From Octopus bimaculoides (Eukaryota): a DNA stretch of 64,000 nt. Where the stretch lies: contig NC_068996.1 of assembly GCF_001194135.2 (NCBI RefSeq), forward strand, positions 16,467,554 to 16,531,553. Reading direction: 5' to 3'. Position 1 is the stretch's first letter. Each line of letters begins with the position of its first letter. A model generated the notes under the pieces. The model saw only the letters and a program-made list of their open reading frames with translations, made no database searches and had not been told where the DNA came from. Shown here piece by piece: positions 25,139 through 38,545 of this stretch. Made by a program: the position numbers and the translations under genes.

Positions 25139-26453
25139 CGCGTGTTTGTTCCTTCACTATCGCTTGAAAACCGATGCTGGTGTATTTATGTCGCCGTAAC
25201 TTAGCTGTATGGCAGAATAAACCGATAGAATAAATACTAGACTCACAAAAAATAGGTCCTAGAGTCGATTTCTTCGACTAAAATCCTTAAAGGCGGTACT
25301 CCAACATGGCTGCAGTTAAGTGACTGAAACAAGTAAAAGAAGATACATATTTTATATATATATANNNNNNNNNNNNNNNNNNNNNNNNNNNNNNNNNNNN
25401 NNNNNNNNNNNNNNNNNNNNNNNNNNNNNNNNNNNNNNNNNNNNNNNNNNNNNNNNNNNNNNNNNNNNNNNNNNNNNNNNNNNNNNNNNNNNNNNNNNNN
25501 NNNNNNNNNNNNNNNNNNNNNNNNNNNNNNNNNNNNNNNNNNNNNNNNNNNNNNNNNNNNNNNNNNNNNNNNNNNNNNNNNNNNNNNNNNNNNNNNNNNN
25601 NNNNNNNNNNNNNNNNNNNNNNNNNNNNNNNNNNNNNNNNNNNNNNNNNNNNNNNNNNNNNNNNNNNNNNNNNNNNNNNNNNNNNNNNNNNNNNNNNNNN
25701 NNNNNNNNNNNNNNNNNNNNNNNNNNNNNNNNNNNNNNNNNNNNNNNNNNNNNNNNNNNNNNNNNNNNNNNNNNNNNNNNNNNNNNNNNNNNNNNNNNNN
25801 NNNNNNNNNNNNNNNNNNNNNNNNNNNNNNNNNNNNNNNNNNNNNNNNNNNNNNNNNNNNNNNNNNNNNNNNNNNNNNNNNNNNNNNNNNNNNNNNNNNN
25901 NNNNNNNNNNNNNNNNNNNNNNNNNNNNNNNNNNNNNNNNNNNNNNNNNNNNNNNNNNNNNNNNNNNNNNNNNNNNNNNNNNNNNNNNNNNNNNNNNNNN
26001 NNNNNNNNNNNNNNNNNNNNNNNNNNNNNNNNNNNNNNNNNNNNNNNNNNNNNNNNNNNNNNNNNNNNNNNNNNNNNNNNNNNNNNNNNNNNNNNNNNNN
26101 NNNNNNNNNNNNNNNNNNNNNNNNNNNNNNNNNNNNNNNNNNNNNNNNNNNNNNNNNNNNNNNNNNNNNNNNNNNNNNNNNNNNNNNNNNNNNNNNNNNN
26201 NNNNNNNNNNNNNNNNNNNNNNNNNACATGCTGACAATAGGAAAAAGAAACAATGAATAGTGCCACCATTTTTGAGTGTAAGATACTATGGTAATTTATA
26301 CGGGCGAATTCTTGACTTCTTAATCTCACAGAATTGCCTGATATTGTTTTAGATGTTAAATGCTGCAATTGTATTGAAGTCGTAAATTTCATTTTTCCAG
26401 TTCGAGAAAATATATTTTTGATGTGTTTTGTAGCAATAATAATTAAAATAATT
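24607..26453 (+). repeat. Left copy of a ~0.7 kb inverted duplication (24607-25089 plus 26226-26453)
   Basis: Reverse complement of 32897-33618, with only a handful of substitutions seen. Confidence 0.92.
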
Positions 26454-26789
26454 GCTCCCGATTCAGGCACAAGGCCAGCACACTTAAGTGGGGGATGTAG
26501 ACGATACCATCGACACTACTACTTAATTAGTAGCATCTTTTATTGAGAGATGTTAGCCTAAGTTGACCTCGGCAGGATCTGACCTCAGAAAGTGAAGACC
26601 TCAACGAAATACAGCAAACCATTTTACCAATTCACCGCCTTGACAGCAACAATAAAAACTACCTCAAATTTTGACACAAGGTCAACATTTCTAAGTAGAG
26701 GTGGTAAGTCTATTACATCGACTCCAGTGTTCTACTGTTATTTTATTTTAACGACATCGAAAGAATGAAAGGCAAAATACACCCCTGTG

Positions 26790-26977
26790 GCATGCTCCTC
26801 AGGCCGCCCCTTGAGTCCACCTCTGATAGCGTATAACAGAGATCACTCAATTTTACATAGGACACCATTCCAAGGCAGGGTTGCTCAAAAACACAACGCA
26901 CTGTCCGGTCCAGGAATGGAAACCACGAGCTTCCGATCGTGAGTGCAATACCTTAACCACTAAGCCACGCGCCTTCA
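26790..26977 (-). mobile_element. tRNA-derived SINE, family C (CORE-like body)
   Basis: Minus head tgaaggcgcgtggcttagtggttaagg...; related copies at 43150-43366 (-), 44110-44260 (+) and 60262-60400 (+). Confidence 0.75.
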
Positions 26978-27574
26978 AGTGTATTATCTGGAATGCCAAA
27001 ATCTGCCTCCTTTCCTAAAAAAAAACAAAAAGTACAGGTGTTAATATATATAGACAAGTAAAGTTTTGAAGATAGTGCTCTAACATGGCCGTTATCCAAT
27101 AACAGAAACCAGTAAAAGAATATAAAAATCACGAAGAAATCGTTGATTTAAACCAAATTTATATCAATCACCTTTGGTAAAATATATTTAGTAAAGAAAA
27201 TATCAGGAAATGCAACTAATACCTTGATTAATCAAATTCTACATAGATTAAACAGTAAGAACTAAAGGAAAATACCTAGTACACGATCTGACTGAAAAGC
27301 AAATTGTGAAATCGGAGCTAATATGCTTAATGTAATAAGCTAAGAAATTTTAATTAAGAATAAATTCATTAGCTTAATAATCAGCTCTGTTCCAGAAAGG
27401 CAGGTGACTCAACTCCCAAATTTCAATTAATTTAGATTAATTAAAAATAACATGTGGGCAATGCCGTCGCTTATTTTTATTTGCTTTTTTTTTATTTATG
27501 AAAACCCATTAAAGCTGCAAGTTTTTAGCACTCAAAAAACTTTACCCGCATAATTTATGAAAATTAAAAGCAAG

Positions 27575-27622
<48 letters not shown>

Positions 27623-28782
27623 ACATACACACTTACAAAGACACACGTGCACACACACACACACGCACATACATACATAGAAGACACGCTTTTTGTTTTA
27701 TTTTACATCTTTCAACAATATTTGTTATACTTCTTTAAGTGTCTAGTATCCAAAAGGAAAAAAAAAGAATAAAAATATAACAATGAGAAAACCCAAACTG
27801 CAATGGAGAAGAGAAGGGAAGACTGAGATATCAAGTTAGCTAACTCAACACAACTCCATCGCCATGCCTCCTACTTTCAACGAAATACAATATTGTTTAT
27901 TTAGAGAACTGAATGATAAATGCGTCGTATATTTAATGAGACAATTTAATTAACTAAATAAAATTGTTTTATTATTGCTGATAGATTGAATGTAGGCGTG
28001 GTCATATGGTTAACAGAAAACAATTTATTTCGTTACCATGCTGCTATGGGTTCGATCCTACGGCACCCAAATCATCAAATGATATGGCAGAGATCATGAG
28101 AATCGAGCGAATTAAATGGTATTGTTAAACCTGGTTCTTTGAAATCTGAGTTCTAAACTCACTGAGGTCATCCTCCTGCAGTCAACAAAATATGGTAATA
28201 GGCTGGTAGAATTGTTAGAGCATCATACAGTTTGTTTTGTGGTGCTGTTTCTAGTTGTAGTGTTCTAAGTTCAAACCCGGTTGTATTCTACTTGGATTAA
28301 TTCTCCGGTGTTGCACTGGTCGACTAACACTCTAGAATAAGACTAGCAATTGGTTAACTTCAGAAGAATCCACTCTGCAGCAAACATACGGCCACTGCTC
28401 AAAACATTAGAGATGAAACTGAAANNNNNNNNNNNNNNNNNNNNNNNNNNNNNNNNNNNNNNNNNNNNNNNNNNNNNNNNNNNNNNNNNNNNNNNNNNNN
28501 NNNNNNNNNNNNNNNNNNNNNNNNTAAATAAGGAGAAAGATAGACTAGTAGGCAGATGGGAATATACATAGATCACTGAATGGATATATACACAGACAGT
28601 CAAACAGACTGACTAAGAGACAGACAATTATGTGTAGATAGAGCGATAGATAGGGTACTATGATTGATACATTAATAGATTGGCAGGCAAATAGGCATAT
28701 ACACTAAAATTTAAGCAACTATGTGTGCACGTGTGTACGTGTGTAGACGTGTGTACGTGTGTAGACGTGTGTACGTGTATGT

Positions 28783-28833
<51 letters not shown>

Positions 28834-29559
28834 NNNNNNNNNNNNNNNNNNNNNNNNNNNNNNNNNNNNNNNNNNNNNNNNNNNNNNNNNNNNNNNNNNN
28901 NNNNNNNNNNNNNNNNNNNNNNNNNNNNNNNNNNNNNNNNNNNNNNNNNNNNNNNNNNNNNNNNNNNNNNNNNNNNNNNNNNNNNNNNNNNNNNNNNNNN
29001 NNNNNNNNNNNNNNNNNNNNNNNNNNNNNNNNNNNNNNNNNNNNNNNNNNNNNNNNNNNNNNNNNNNNNNNNNNNNNNNNNNNNNNNNNNNNNNNNNNNN
29101 NNNNNNNNNNNNNNNNNNNNNNNNNNNNNNNNNNNNNNNNNNNNNNNNNNNNNNNNNNNNNNNNNNNNNNNNNNNNNNNNNNNNNNNNNNNNNNNNNNNN
29201 NNNNNNNNNNNNNNNNNNNNNNNNNNNNNNNNNNNNNNNNNNNNNNNNNNNNNNNNNNNNNNNNNNNNNNNNNNNNNNNNNNNNNNNNNNNNNNNNNNNN
29301 NNNNNNNNNNNNNNNNNNNNNNNNNNNNNNNNNNNNNNNNNNNNNNNNNNNNNNNNNNNNNNNNNNNNNNNNNNNNNNNNNNNNTCTGTGATCTATTTCT
29401 AGCACATTAAATATCCACCTTAGTGGTCAACGTTATATATAAAAATATACTTTAATCCCCTGAGATCGCAGATATTATTTCTGAATCTCTCTGATTCTTT
29501 AAATGTGCTAGCTTCCTGGTAATTAATCGATATTAATTAATATATGATTTTTTACCCTA

Positions 29560-29600
<41 letters not shown>

Positions 29601-29623
29601 CAATGTTAATTCTCTAAATGAAG

Positions 29624-29698
<75 letters not shown>

Positions 29699-31389
29699 CA
29701 TTCATACATCTTTTTATATATATACATATATATTTATGTATATATTTATAGTTATATATATATATACATATATATATAAATATATATGCATAGGAGTGAC
29801 AACCGGTCGCTTGACAACCGGTGTTGGTGTGTCTAGGTCCCCGTAACTTTGCAGGATAGAGTCCGATAGAATAAGTACCATTTAGTCGATGCCATGAAAT
29901 CCAGCACTTGAGCGGTACTTTATGTTACCGACCCAGAAATGAAGGAAGTACAGCTGGCATCAGTGATATTTAAATACAGATTGTATGGTGCTGGAATACG
30001 CAACTGCGTGGCATTTTCTTCAGTGCTCCGATTCTGCCTGTTTATTTTTACTAATATATAAAATAAAATATATAAAATATATAAAATATATAAAATAAAA
30101 CCAGAATATAAACTTACACTCACATTTACACACACACAGTCACACACACACACACACAAATGCTCGCGCACACGCTGGAATGCATACATAATATCTATAA
30201 AAAAGAATTTGGCAATCCTTCGGACGTCAATCCCCCTCTTTCTCAACCTAGCCTCTTATGTCACCTGTGTAGGTGGATGAAGTCGTTTACAAATACCGAA
30301 GGGTTGGCCATAATATATAATAAAATCTTGTAAATAATATATAATATATATATTTAATTTATAAATATAGACACGCGTACCTCTGTGTATGTGCATACGA
30401 TATTCTCATATAATCACATACGTAAGTTAATATGGATAATATATGTGTGGTTGTGTGTGTGTGTGNNNNNNNNNNNNNNNNNNNNNNNNNNNNNNNNNNN
30501 NNNNNNNNNNNNNNNNNNNNNNNNNNNNNNNNNNNNNNNNNNNNNNNNNNNNNNNNNNNNNNNNNNNNNNNNNNNNNNNNNNNNNNNNNNNNNNNNNNNN
30601 NNNNNNNNNNNNNNNNNNNNNNNNNNNNNNNNNNNNNNNNNNNNNNNNNNNNNNNNNNNNNNNNNNNNNNNNNNNNNNNNNNNNNNNNNNNNNNNNNNNN
30701 NNNNNNNNNNNNNNNNNNNNNNNNNNNNNNNNNNNNNNNNNNNNNNNNNNNNNNNNNNNNNNNNNNNNNNNNNNNNNNNNNNNNNNNNNNNNNNNNNNNN
30801 NNNNNNNNNNNNNNNNNNNNNNNNNNNNNNNNNNNNNNNNNNNNNNNNNNNNNNNNNNNNNNNNNNNNNNNNNNNNNNNNNNNNNNNNNNNNNNNNNNNN
30901 NNNNNNNNNNNNNNNNNNNNNNNNNNNNNNNNNNNNNNNNNNNNNNNNNNNNNNNNNNNNNNNNNNNNNNNNNNNNNNNNNNNNNNNNNNNNNNNNNNNN
31001 NNNNNNNNNNNNNNNNNNNNNNNNNNNNNNNNNNNNNNNNNNNNNNNNNNNNNNNNNNNNNNNNNNNNNNNNNNNNNNNNNNNNNNNNNNNNNNNNNNNN
31101 NNNNNNNNNNNNNNNNNNNNNNNNNNNNNNNNNNNNNNNNNNNNNNNNNNNNNNNNNNNNNNNNNNNNNNNNNNNNNNNNNNNNNNNNNNNNNNNNNNNN
31201 NNNNNNNNNNNNNNNNNNNNNNNNNNNNNNNNNNNNNNNNNNNNNNNNNNNNNNNNNNNNNNNNNNNNNNNNNNNNNNNNNNNNNNNNNNNNNNNNNNNN
31301 NNNNNNNNNNNNNNNNNNNNNNNNNNNNNNNNNNNNNNNNNNNNNNNNNNNNNNNNNNNNNNNNNNNNNNNNNNNNNNNNATATATATA

Positions 31390-31517
31390 AAAAGTAAATA
31401 CAATCAGAAAAGAAATAGAATAAAGATGAATCGACACGTACTGGAACATGAACAAGATGAAAAAGAATAATAATGTAATATATGTCATACTTTTGTATGT
31501 GTGACTTTTGACCCATC

Positions 31518-31519
<2 letters not shown>
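31390..31519. mobile_element. Tc1/mariner terminal fragment
   Basis: gtgacttttgacccatccta|ta reads TA-TAGGATGGGTCAAAAGTCAC on the minus strand, a Tc1-like TIR. Confidence 0.5.
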
Positions 31520-31552
<33 letters not shown>

Positions 31553-31555
31553 TGC

Positions 31556-31586
<31 letters not shown>

Positions 31587-32335
31587 GTGTGTATGTGTGT
31601 GTGTGTTGAAACAGATATTGCTATTTTTCAGGCTGTCACTGTTTTTGTTGCCAAATAATAACACTTGTTTATTATTCTTCGTATTTTATGTCTACTGTTG
31701 TGAAATCTTTCGTCATACACCTGTGACATCTTCAGCGATTTTCCATCCCATGTATCCCTTCCTGTCCTTTAGCAATAAAAAAATGATCATACCGAAATAT
31801 TACATGTGCGTGTGTGTATGTTATATGTGTTTTTGTATGTATGTATCTACATATATAAATATCAATGTACAAATACGCACACACACATATTATGTGTGTG
31901 TGTGTGTGTGTGGTAGTACGCATACATATATGTGTGATTGTGTGCGCTTGCGCACAATCACACATATATGTATGCGTACAGGTATACATTGTTCCTTGGC
32001 TAGTACATCCCAAAATTAAAGTTTCCGACGTCCAATTTATACTCTGAAATTATTGTTCCCATTCCGAGTCTAAAGCAACAAATCATTTCCCATTTAGTTT
32101 CCTGTGGGAATCTCAATGCACAATGTTGGCATGTGAGCGTCTTAATCATATTTCTACACCTGAAACCTAGATATGTCAGGTTTGTTTGACGTATTGATTT
32201 TAAAATTTCCCGGCGGTCATTTTGTCGAAGCTCGACGTTAAAATGCAGTGCGAGTTAAACACTGAATCAATTGTACAGACAAATGCACACCTCTAATATA
32301 CTAGATTGTTGCCTGTATGAAGAACTATTAAAAAC

Positions 32336-32905
32336 CGTGAACTGGTAGAATCGTTGAAGCGTAACAGAAAATACCAAATGTTATTTCTGCCAGTTCATTA
32401 CGCTCTGAGTTCAAATCACGCCTAGGAAATTTGAACTATTCTTCGAGTTCGATATAAAGTACAAATCAAGTACTGAAGCCAATAGGATTGACAAAACCAA
32501 TCTTCCCAAAATTTCTGACCGTGTGCCAAAATTTGAAGCCGTTGTTCTTATTAGCAGCAAGCTGTCAGGATCGTTGGACCGCCGGAGAAAATTGTTTGCA
32601 CCAAGGTCGACTTTGCCTTTCATCCTTTCAGGGTTGATAAAATAAGTAGCAGTTGAGTACTGGGGTCTATGTATTCCACAATCCTACTTTTCTCAAAATT
32701 TCAGGCCTTGTGCTTATTTTAGAAAGTATTATTTATTCTGGTCCCTTAACTTCTGTGTTTATATCCTGCCGAGTTCAAATGAAAACTTTCATCTTTCTGA
32801 GATTGATACAATAAAACACCACTCAATGTACTGGTTCAATGTTGTAGACTAAAGTTCTCCCCTCAGAGGTACTGGCCTTGTGTCTGGATTGGAAGAAATT
32901 ATTTT
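32336..32905 (+). mobile_element. Tandem cluster of three decayed SINE-B copies
   Basis: Repeated gagttcaaat / gtcgactttgcctttcatcctttc / ggccttgtg...attatt modules. Confidence 0.75.
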
Positions 32906-33618
32906 AATTATTATTGCTACAAAATACAACAAAATATATTTTCCCGAACTGGAAAAATGAAATTTACGACTTCAATACAATTTCAGCATTTAACATCTAA
33001 AACAATATCAGGCAATTCTGTGAGATTAAGAAGTCAAGAATTCGCCCGTATAAATTACCATAGTATCTTACACTCAAAAATGGTGGCACTATTCATTGTT
33101 TCTTTTTCCTATTGTCAGCATGTTTCATTGATGATTTCTTTGAATAAATAGGAACAACTAAAAGAAACACTTTTAAGTGATTAAACCACCAAGCCACACA
33201 TTACTACATATTCTATAACAGTAGTGAAAAAATGAAATCCCCAAACCATTTAAGTGATTAGNNNNNNNNNNNNNNNNNNNNNNNNNNNNNNNNNNNNNNN
33301 NNNNNNNNNNNNNNNNNNNNNNNNNNNNNNNNNNNNNNNNNNNNNNNNNNNNNNNNNNNNNNNNNNNNNNNNNNNNNNNNNNNNNNNNNNAAAATATTAA
33401 ACATTCAATAGGGGCGTTATTTTATTTTTATTTATCTATTTGTGTTTAAAACATTTTATTTTGGATGTTTATAGTCGTATTCTTACAGGACAATTGATTT
33501 AGATTTTCTTTATATTTTCATTTATTAGAGTTTTGTTTGTAAATGAAATACTGCATTGGACATATCGATGGCCATGCGGTTAAAGAAGTTCACTCCCCAA
33601 TCATATGGATCCTAATTC
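32897..33618 (-). repeat. Right (inverted) copy of the ~0.7 kb duplication
   Basis: Reverse complement of 24607-25089 plus 26226-26453. Confidence 0.92.
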
Positions 33619-33834
33619 TCAACCAATTAGTATCAAGTGGGATAGATATCTGCGCTTGCAGGAATACACACACATATACACACACACGCACACACACATA
33701 CATACACATATACATATATGTATGCATATTATACGTGCGTACATATCAAATATATGTATACATACATACACACACAGACATATATATACATATATATATA
33801 TATATATAACTACGTCACACGATTCCGTCCTGGC

Positions 33835-34168
33835 TCAGTCCCTCTTCGTAACAGCTTGGGCAAGTGTTTACCACTATAGCCTCGGGTAAATGAAAACTGA
33901 AAGAAGCCCGCCACATCTGTACGTGTATGTGTATAATATATATGTACATATGTATATATCTATGTGTTGGCGTCTTTGTGTTTGTCCCCTACCATCGCAA
34001 GACAACTGTTGCAGGTTTCTTTATATTCTTGTAACTCAATGTTATGCCATTAGAGATCTATAGAATAAGTAACAATTTTGACAAAAATATGGTCGATTCT
34101 TTCAAATATAAACTCTTTAAGGCGGGTGTCCCACCACAGTTGCAATCCATTAAGTGAAAAAAACAATA
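33835..34168 (+). mobile_element. Degenerate SINE-A copy
   Basis: gaaactgaaagaagcccg, TA/TG repeat, then gtttgtccctaccatcgc...gaataagt. Confidence 0.75.
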
Positions 34169-35930
34169 TCGAAAAGGCATATTCCAAAGAGACAGCCTCT
34201 CTGTGATGTTTATACTTTCTGAAAACCCCTTGTCATTCATGTTAAAGAAGTCTGAAGGATATCTCACTGGTTCACAAGGAAACAAAAATACCAAAATTAC
34301 ACACTGTTTCTTTGTGGGTGACTTAAACTTTATGCAATGAATATGCATGAGATGAAAAAGGGCCTTGACCTAGTTACAACATTCTCAAAGGATGTAGGAG
34401 TGGAGTTTAGTCAGGATAAATGTTGTTATATGGTTGTGAAAAGGGGGAAACTGTAAACCCTATATCTGATGAGGAATGTTACAGGTATCTAGGGGTTGAT
34501 GAAAATATATTTTGCAATTGCGCCTGTGACAAAACACGTGTCACTAAAGAATATTACAGCCTAATAAAGGAAATCTGGACCTCAGAACCCTCTGCATTCA
34601 ATAAAACAGCGGCCCTCAATGTGTTTGCTGTGCCAGTACTTATACCAACATCTGGGCTGCTTGATTGGACACTTGATGAGATCCGAGCCATTGATGTGAA
34701 AACCCGGAAGATACTAACAAGCACATAATTTCCACATAAGCAGTAACGTAGACCGCCACTACCTAAAACGTGAACAAGGCGGCAAAGGCTTTTAACATCG
34801 ATCCAAAATGCCTTTGAATGTCGCATCATATCCCTTTGGCAACATCTTTTAACCACCAAGTGCCGAAGTGCATCCCTTAACCAAGTTTGCATACATGAGG
34901 TTGATAACATCGAAGGCAGCTTTTTGAGCAACACTTTTGTCTGATAACCTAGAATACATGCCCAAAGAAGTTGCACGACTCTACCGCAACGTATCATCAG
35001 ATGAAAGGATGAGACTATATGAGCAGAAGACTCTGCATGGATATGTTAGTAGAAAGCTCCGTGATGATAGTAACACCGATCACCAAAGCAGTTTATCATG
35101 GACCAATAGCCGGATTACTACTTCCCACTTTGAAGGGTATGCGTTTGCAATCCAGGTACAGGAAATATCAACCAAGTACCTAATGCACAAAAAGAGATAG
35201 AGATGCAGGAAAAGCAGTAAAATGTGACAACCGATGCAGACTGTATGGAGTTTACACAGAAGTATCACCCACATCATAAAGAGTTGTCCGACAATGTCAT
35301 CACAGTATTATCTATCGATGACGTTGTAGCACTCTATAATGAAATCCTATAGGGCACTTTATAATGAAATCCGTTGGAAGGATAATCCCGAGGACGAAGA
35401 AATAAAAATCCACAATACGGTAGAAGTCATAGCCACTCATAATAAAAAGTAATACTGGTGGAATGTACCAGTAAAGACCTCAATAAAAGGTAAGCACAAC
35501 AAACCCGATATGATGATTTGGGATAGAGAAAAGAAACTGTGTACAGTTGTGGAAATTAGCTGCCCAGAGGATGTTAACATAAAGCTGAAGATCAATGTAA
35601 AAGAGAACACCTATGCTGAACTACTGAGAAATCTATCCAGATTACAAGTTCAGGTTTATAACTGTAATTATTGGGGACCTGGGATATGTAACACATTGCC
35701 TAAATACCAATCTTGACAAATTAGGCTTCTCAAAACCAGAAAGGAGAAAGCTACTTCGAAGGCTAGATCCGATCCATCACGGGCGCTGTAAAAATCTATA
35801 AAACTTACCAGAAGTTTATTGTTTAAATATATATGAGCATGTCTAAATATGTAACTATATGCATGAGAATACATACATAAAATATACAAATCTGCACATA
35901 CATACATACATACATACATACATACATACT
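34169..35930 (+). mobile_element. 5'-truncated R4/Dong-clade non-LTR retrotransposon (RT, CCHC, restriction-like endonuclease), pseudogenised
   Basis: KGIFQRDSLS, FFVGDLK(LY), YRYLGVDEN, NKTAALNVFAVPVL, GG.GL, CRLYG..ESITHIIKSC, KPDMMIWDREKK.CTVVEISCP, IIG.LG; stop at 35824-35826; (CATA)n at the 3' end. Confidence 0.93.
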
Positions 35931-36831
35931 TACATGCATACATGTATGTGAGTATAAGAATGAATGTATGTATATTAGATTTTGTGCATGCCTAAATAGC
36001 CCCTTGCCCAAACCTTAGTTGTTATATAACCAACCAATTTTAATCATCCCCACATCTCTATAAAGACAATTTACAGTCTTGCTGATCATAAAAATATAGG
36101 TCGTCGAACTGGCTAAGCCGTCACAACGTCGGTTTGAATGCTTCGCGGCTGTTTGTTCCGATTTTGAGTTCAAATGCTTTCTAAGTGAAACGCAGTAATA
36201 ATATATTTGTTGACAGAATGAACGTGAAGAAAGACACATTGTAATAGATAGTCTAGCAGTTTCCCCGGATGTCGGAATTTAATTGGTTACAAACATTACT
36301 AGTAGACACTGAATAGAAACTGATAAAAAATAACTACCACCACCACCACCACCACCCTCTCACTATCCTTCTTCCTCCCCTTCTCTCATTCTCTCTCCCA
36401 CTCTCTTTCTCATATGTAAGGAAGGGAATCTAATATCTATGTAGTTTTCTATCCATAAATCTTTAACAGTTAGAATATCACAGAATTTCCCGCCATATTG
36501 TTTTAATTAGAAACTTGCGCCTTCTCCAAAGGTCAGCTTTACCACGACCTTTGTCAGATAATAAATGGTTTTGTTTTTTCTTTTCTTAGACATTCTAAGA
36601 TAAGGCANNNNNNNNNNNNNNNNNNNNNNNNNNNNNNNNNNNNNNNNNNNNNNNNNNNNNNNNNNNNNNNNNNNNNNNNNNNNNNNNNNNNNNNNNNNNN
36701 NNNNNNNNNNNNNNNNNNNNNNNNNNNNNNNNNNNNNNNNNNNNNNNNNNNNNNNNNNNNNNNNNNNNNNNNNNNNNNNNNNNNNNNNNNNNNNNNNNNN
36801 NNNNNNNNNNNNNNNNNNNNNNNNNNNNNNN

Positions 36832-36902
<71 letters not shown>

Positions 36903-37340
36903 TAGTAAGCAATGAGAAGGTTAGAACATTCAGTCAAACCTGGTGTTCCGGCTCTTTGGGCAAATGTGTGATCTAACATAAGACACCTCATTTACGAAGA
37001 CATTGGTGAGTGAACTTGGGATGAGACGTAAATATTTATATGTGCGTGTATCTATGTGTGTGTGTATCTGTAAATGTACATATATGTGTGTGCATATATC
37101 TATATATGTATATATATAGATATATATACATACATACACACACATACATATTTGCATGCATGCATGTATATATATACATATGCAGAAAGAGTTTTCGTCA
37201 CCAGACGTGTGTACTTTGAGTGATCAGTTTGTTTTACCGCTAAAACTACCGCTTGAACTGCAACTGAAAAATGCGGCCAGAAAAGGTTTCTCCTTGGGCG
37301 GATATTGATTAAAATAAATTTTTTTTTTTTTTTTTTTTAA

Positions 37341-37927
37341 TTGGCATCACTCGAAAGACGTTTCATTCAGATAGAGAATATAAACAGATAAAGTCTCTTA
37401 CAGCTATTTCTAGAATAGCCAAGCATGTGGATCATGATATTGTGTAAGGATTTCATTGTGTAAGGATTTCATAAGCTTAGTATTCCATCATTGGAGAGGG
37501 AGAAGTCAAAGAATATAAGAATGGAGAAATATACTCAACCGAGGATATTAGTACTTTCCAATTTGTCAAAATTAAAGGAAGTATCAGAGTGAAATAGGTA
37601 CGTGGTGCGTAGTTCCTTGACTGAATAAATGATGAAGTTATACGTAAAGTCCATTAGCAGTTTCAAAAGACAATGTTTGATTATAATCCATGTCAAAAAC
37701 ACAGAGGACGTTACCAGTTCCTTTTTGGAATAGAGTTAAGTAAAAATGATATACTAGAGTGTGAAGGAAAGACAGAAAGACATGGTAGATGTACTGAAGC
37801 ATCTATATACCATTCCGTATTGTAAAGTAATGTTTGTTAATGAAACATTGACAAATATGCTTGGCTATTCTAGAAATAGCTTTAAAGACTCTATCTGCTT
37901 ATATTGAATGTTTTCGAGTGGTGCCAA
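37341..37927. mobile_element. ~590 bp element bounded by ~85 bp inverted repeats
   Basis: ttggcatcactcgaaa...agtctcttacagctatttctagaatagccaagcat pairs with atgcttggctattctagaaatagctttaaagact...ttttcgagtggtgccaa; no clean TSD. Confidence 0.7.
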
Positions 37928-37965
37928 ATACTTTGCTTTTTCATTTTTTACTTTAATCTCTCTCT

Positions 37966-38018
<53 letters not shown>

Positions 38019-38039
38019 GTCATTATTATTATTATTATT

Positions 38040-38545
38040 TATTTATTTATCTATTTATTTATCTATTTATTTAATATATCTTTCTCCGTTTTCTTCCTCT
38101 GTTTAGACGAACTTTCCTACCTTTTCGGACAAAACCTTTTGTAACCTTCGTCCTGTCTTTGTCCTTATATGTTTTTAATTGATATTAGCCCTTGTGGCCA
38201 ATAAAACGAATTTATTATTATTATTATTATTTANNNNNNNNNNGCTCTATACCCCTTTCTTATTTTTTCTGACCAGGCTCCCGCGGTTTTATGGGTTTTT
38301 CCACGTGTAACCTTTCCTTCTTCGAAGCGCCTCCCCCTTTGGGAGTTCTATTTATTTATTTATCTATTTATTTATCTATTTATTTGTTATATCTTTTTCC
38401 GTTTTCTTCCTCTGTTTAGACGAACTTTCCTACCTTTTCGGACAAAACCTTTTGTAACCTTCGTCCTGTCTTTGTCCTTATATGTTTTTAATTGATATTA
38501 GCCCTTGTGGCCAATAAAACGAATTTATTATTATTATTATTATTT
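38040..38545 (+). mobile_element. LINE-like 3' UTR with (TTA)n tail, present twice around a 10-N gap
   Basis: ~190 bp ending cccttgtggccaataaaacgaat(tta)n at 38040-38233 and 38347-38545. Confidence 0.6.

Noticed and set aside
25243-31549. 300-400 aa ORFs (also at 7810, 46349, 54055, 56706)
   Set aside because: They span N gaps; the length is an artefact.
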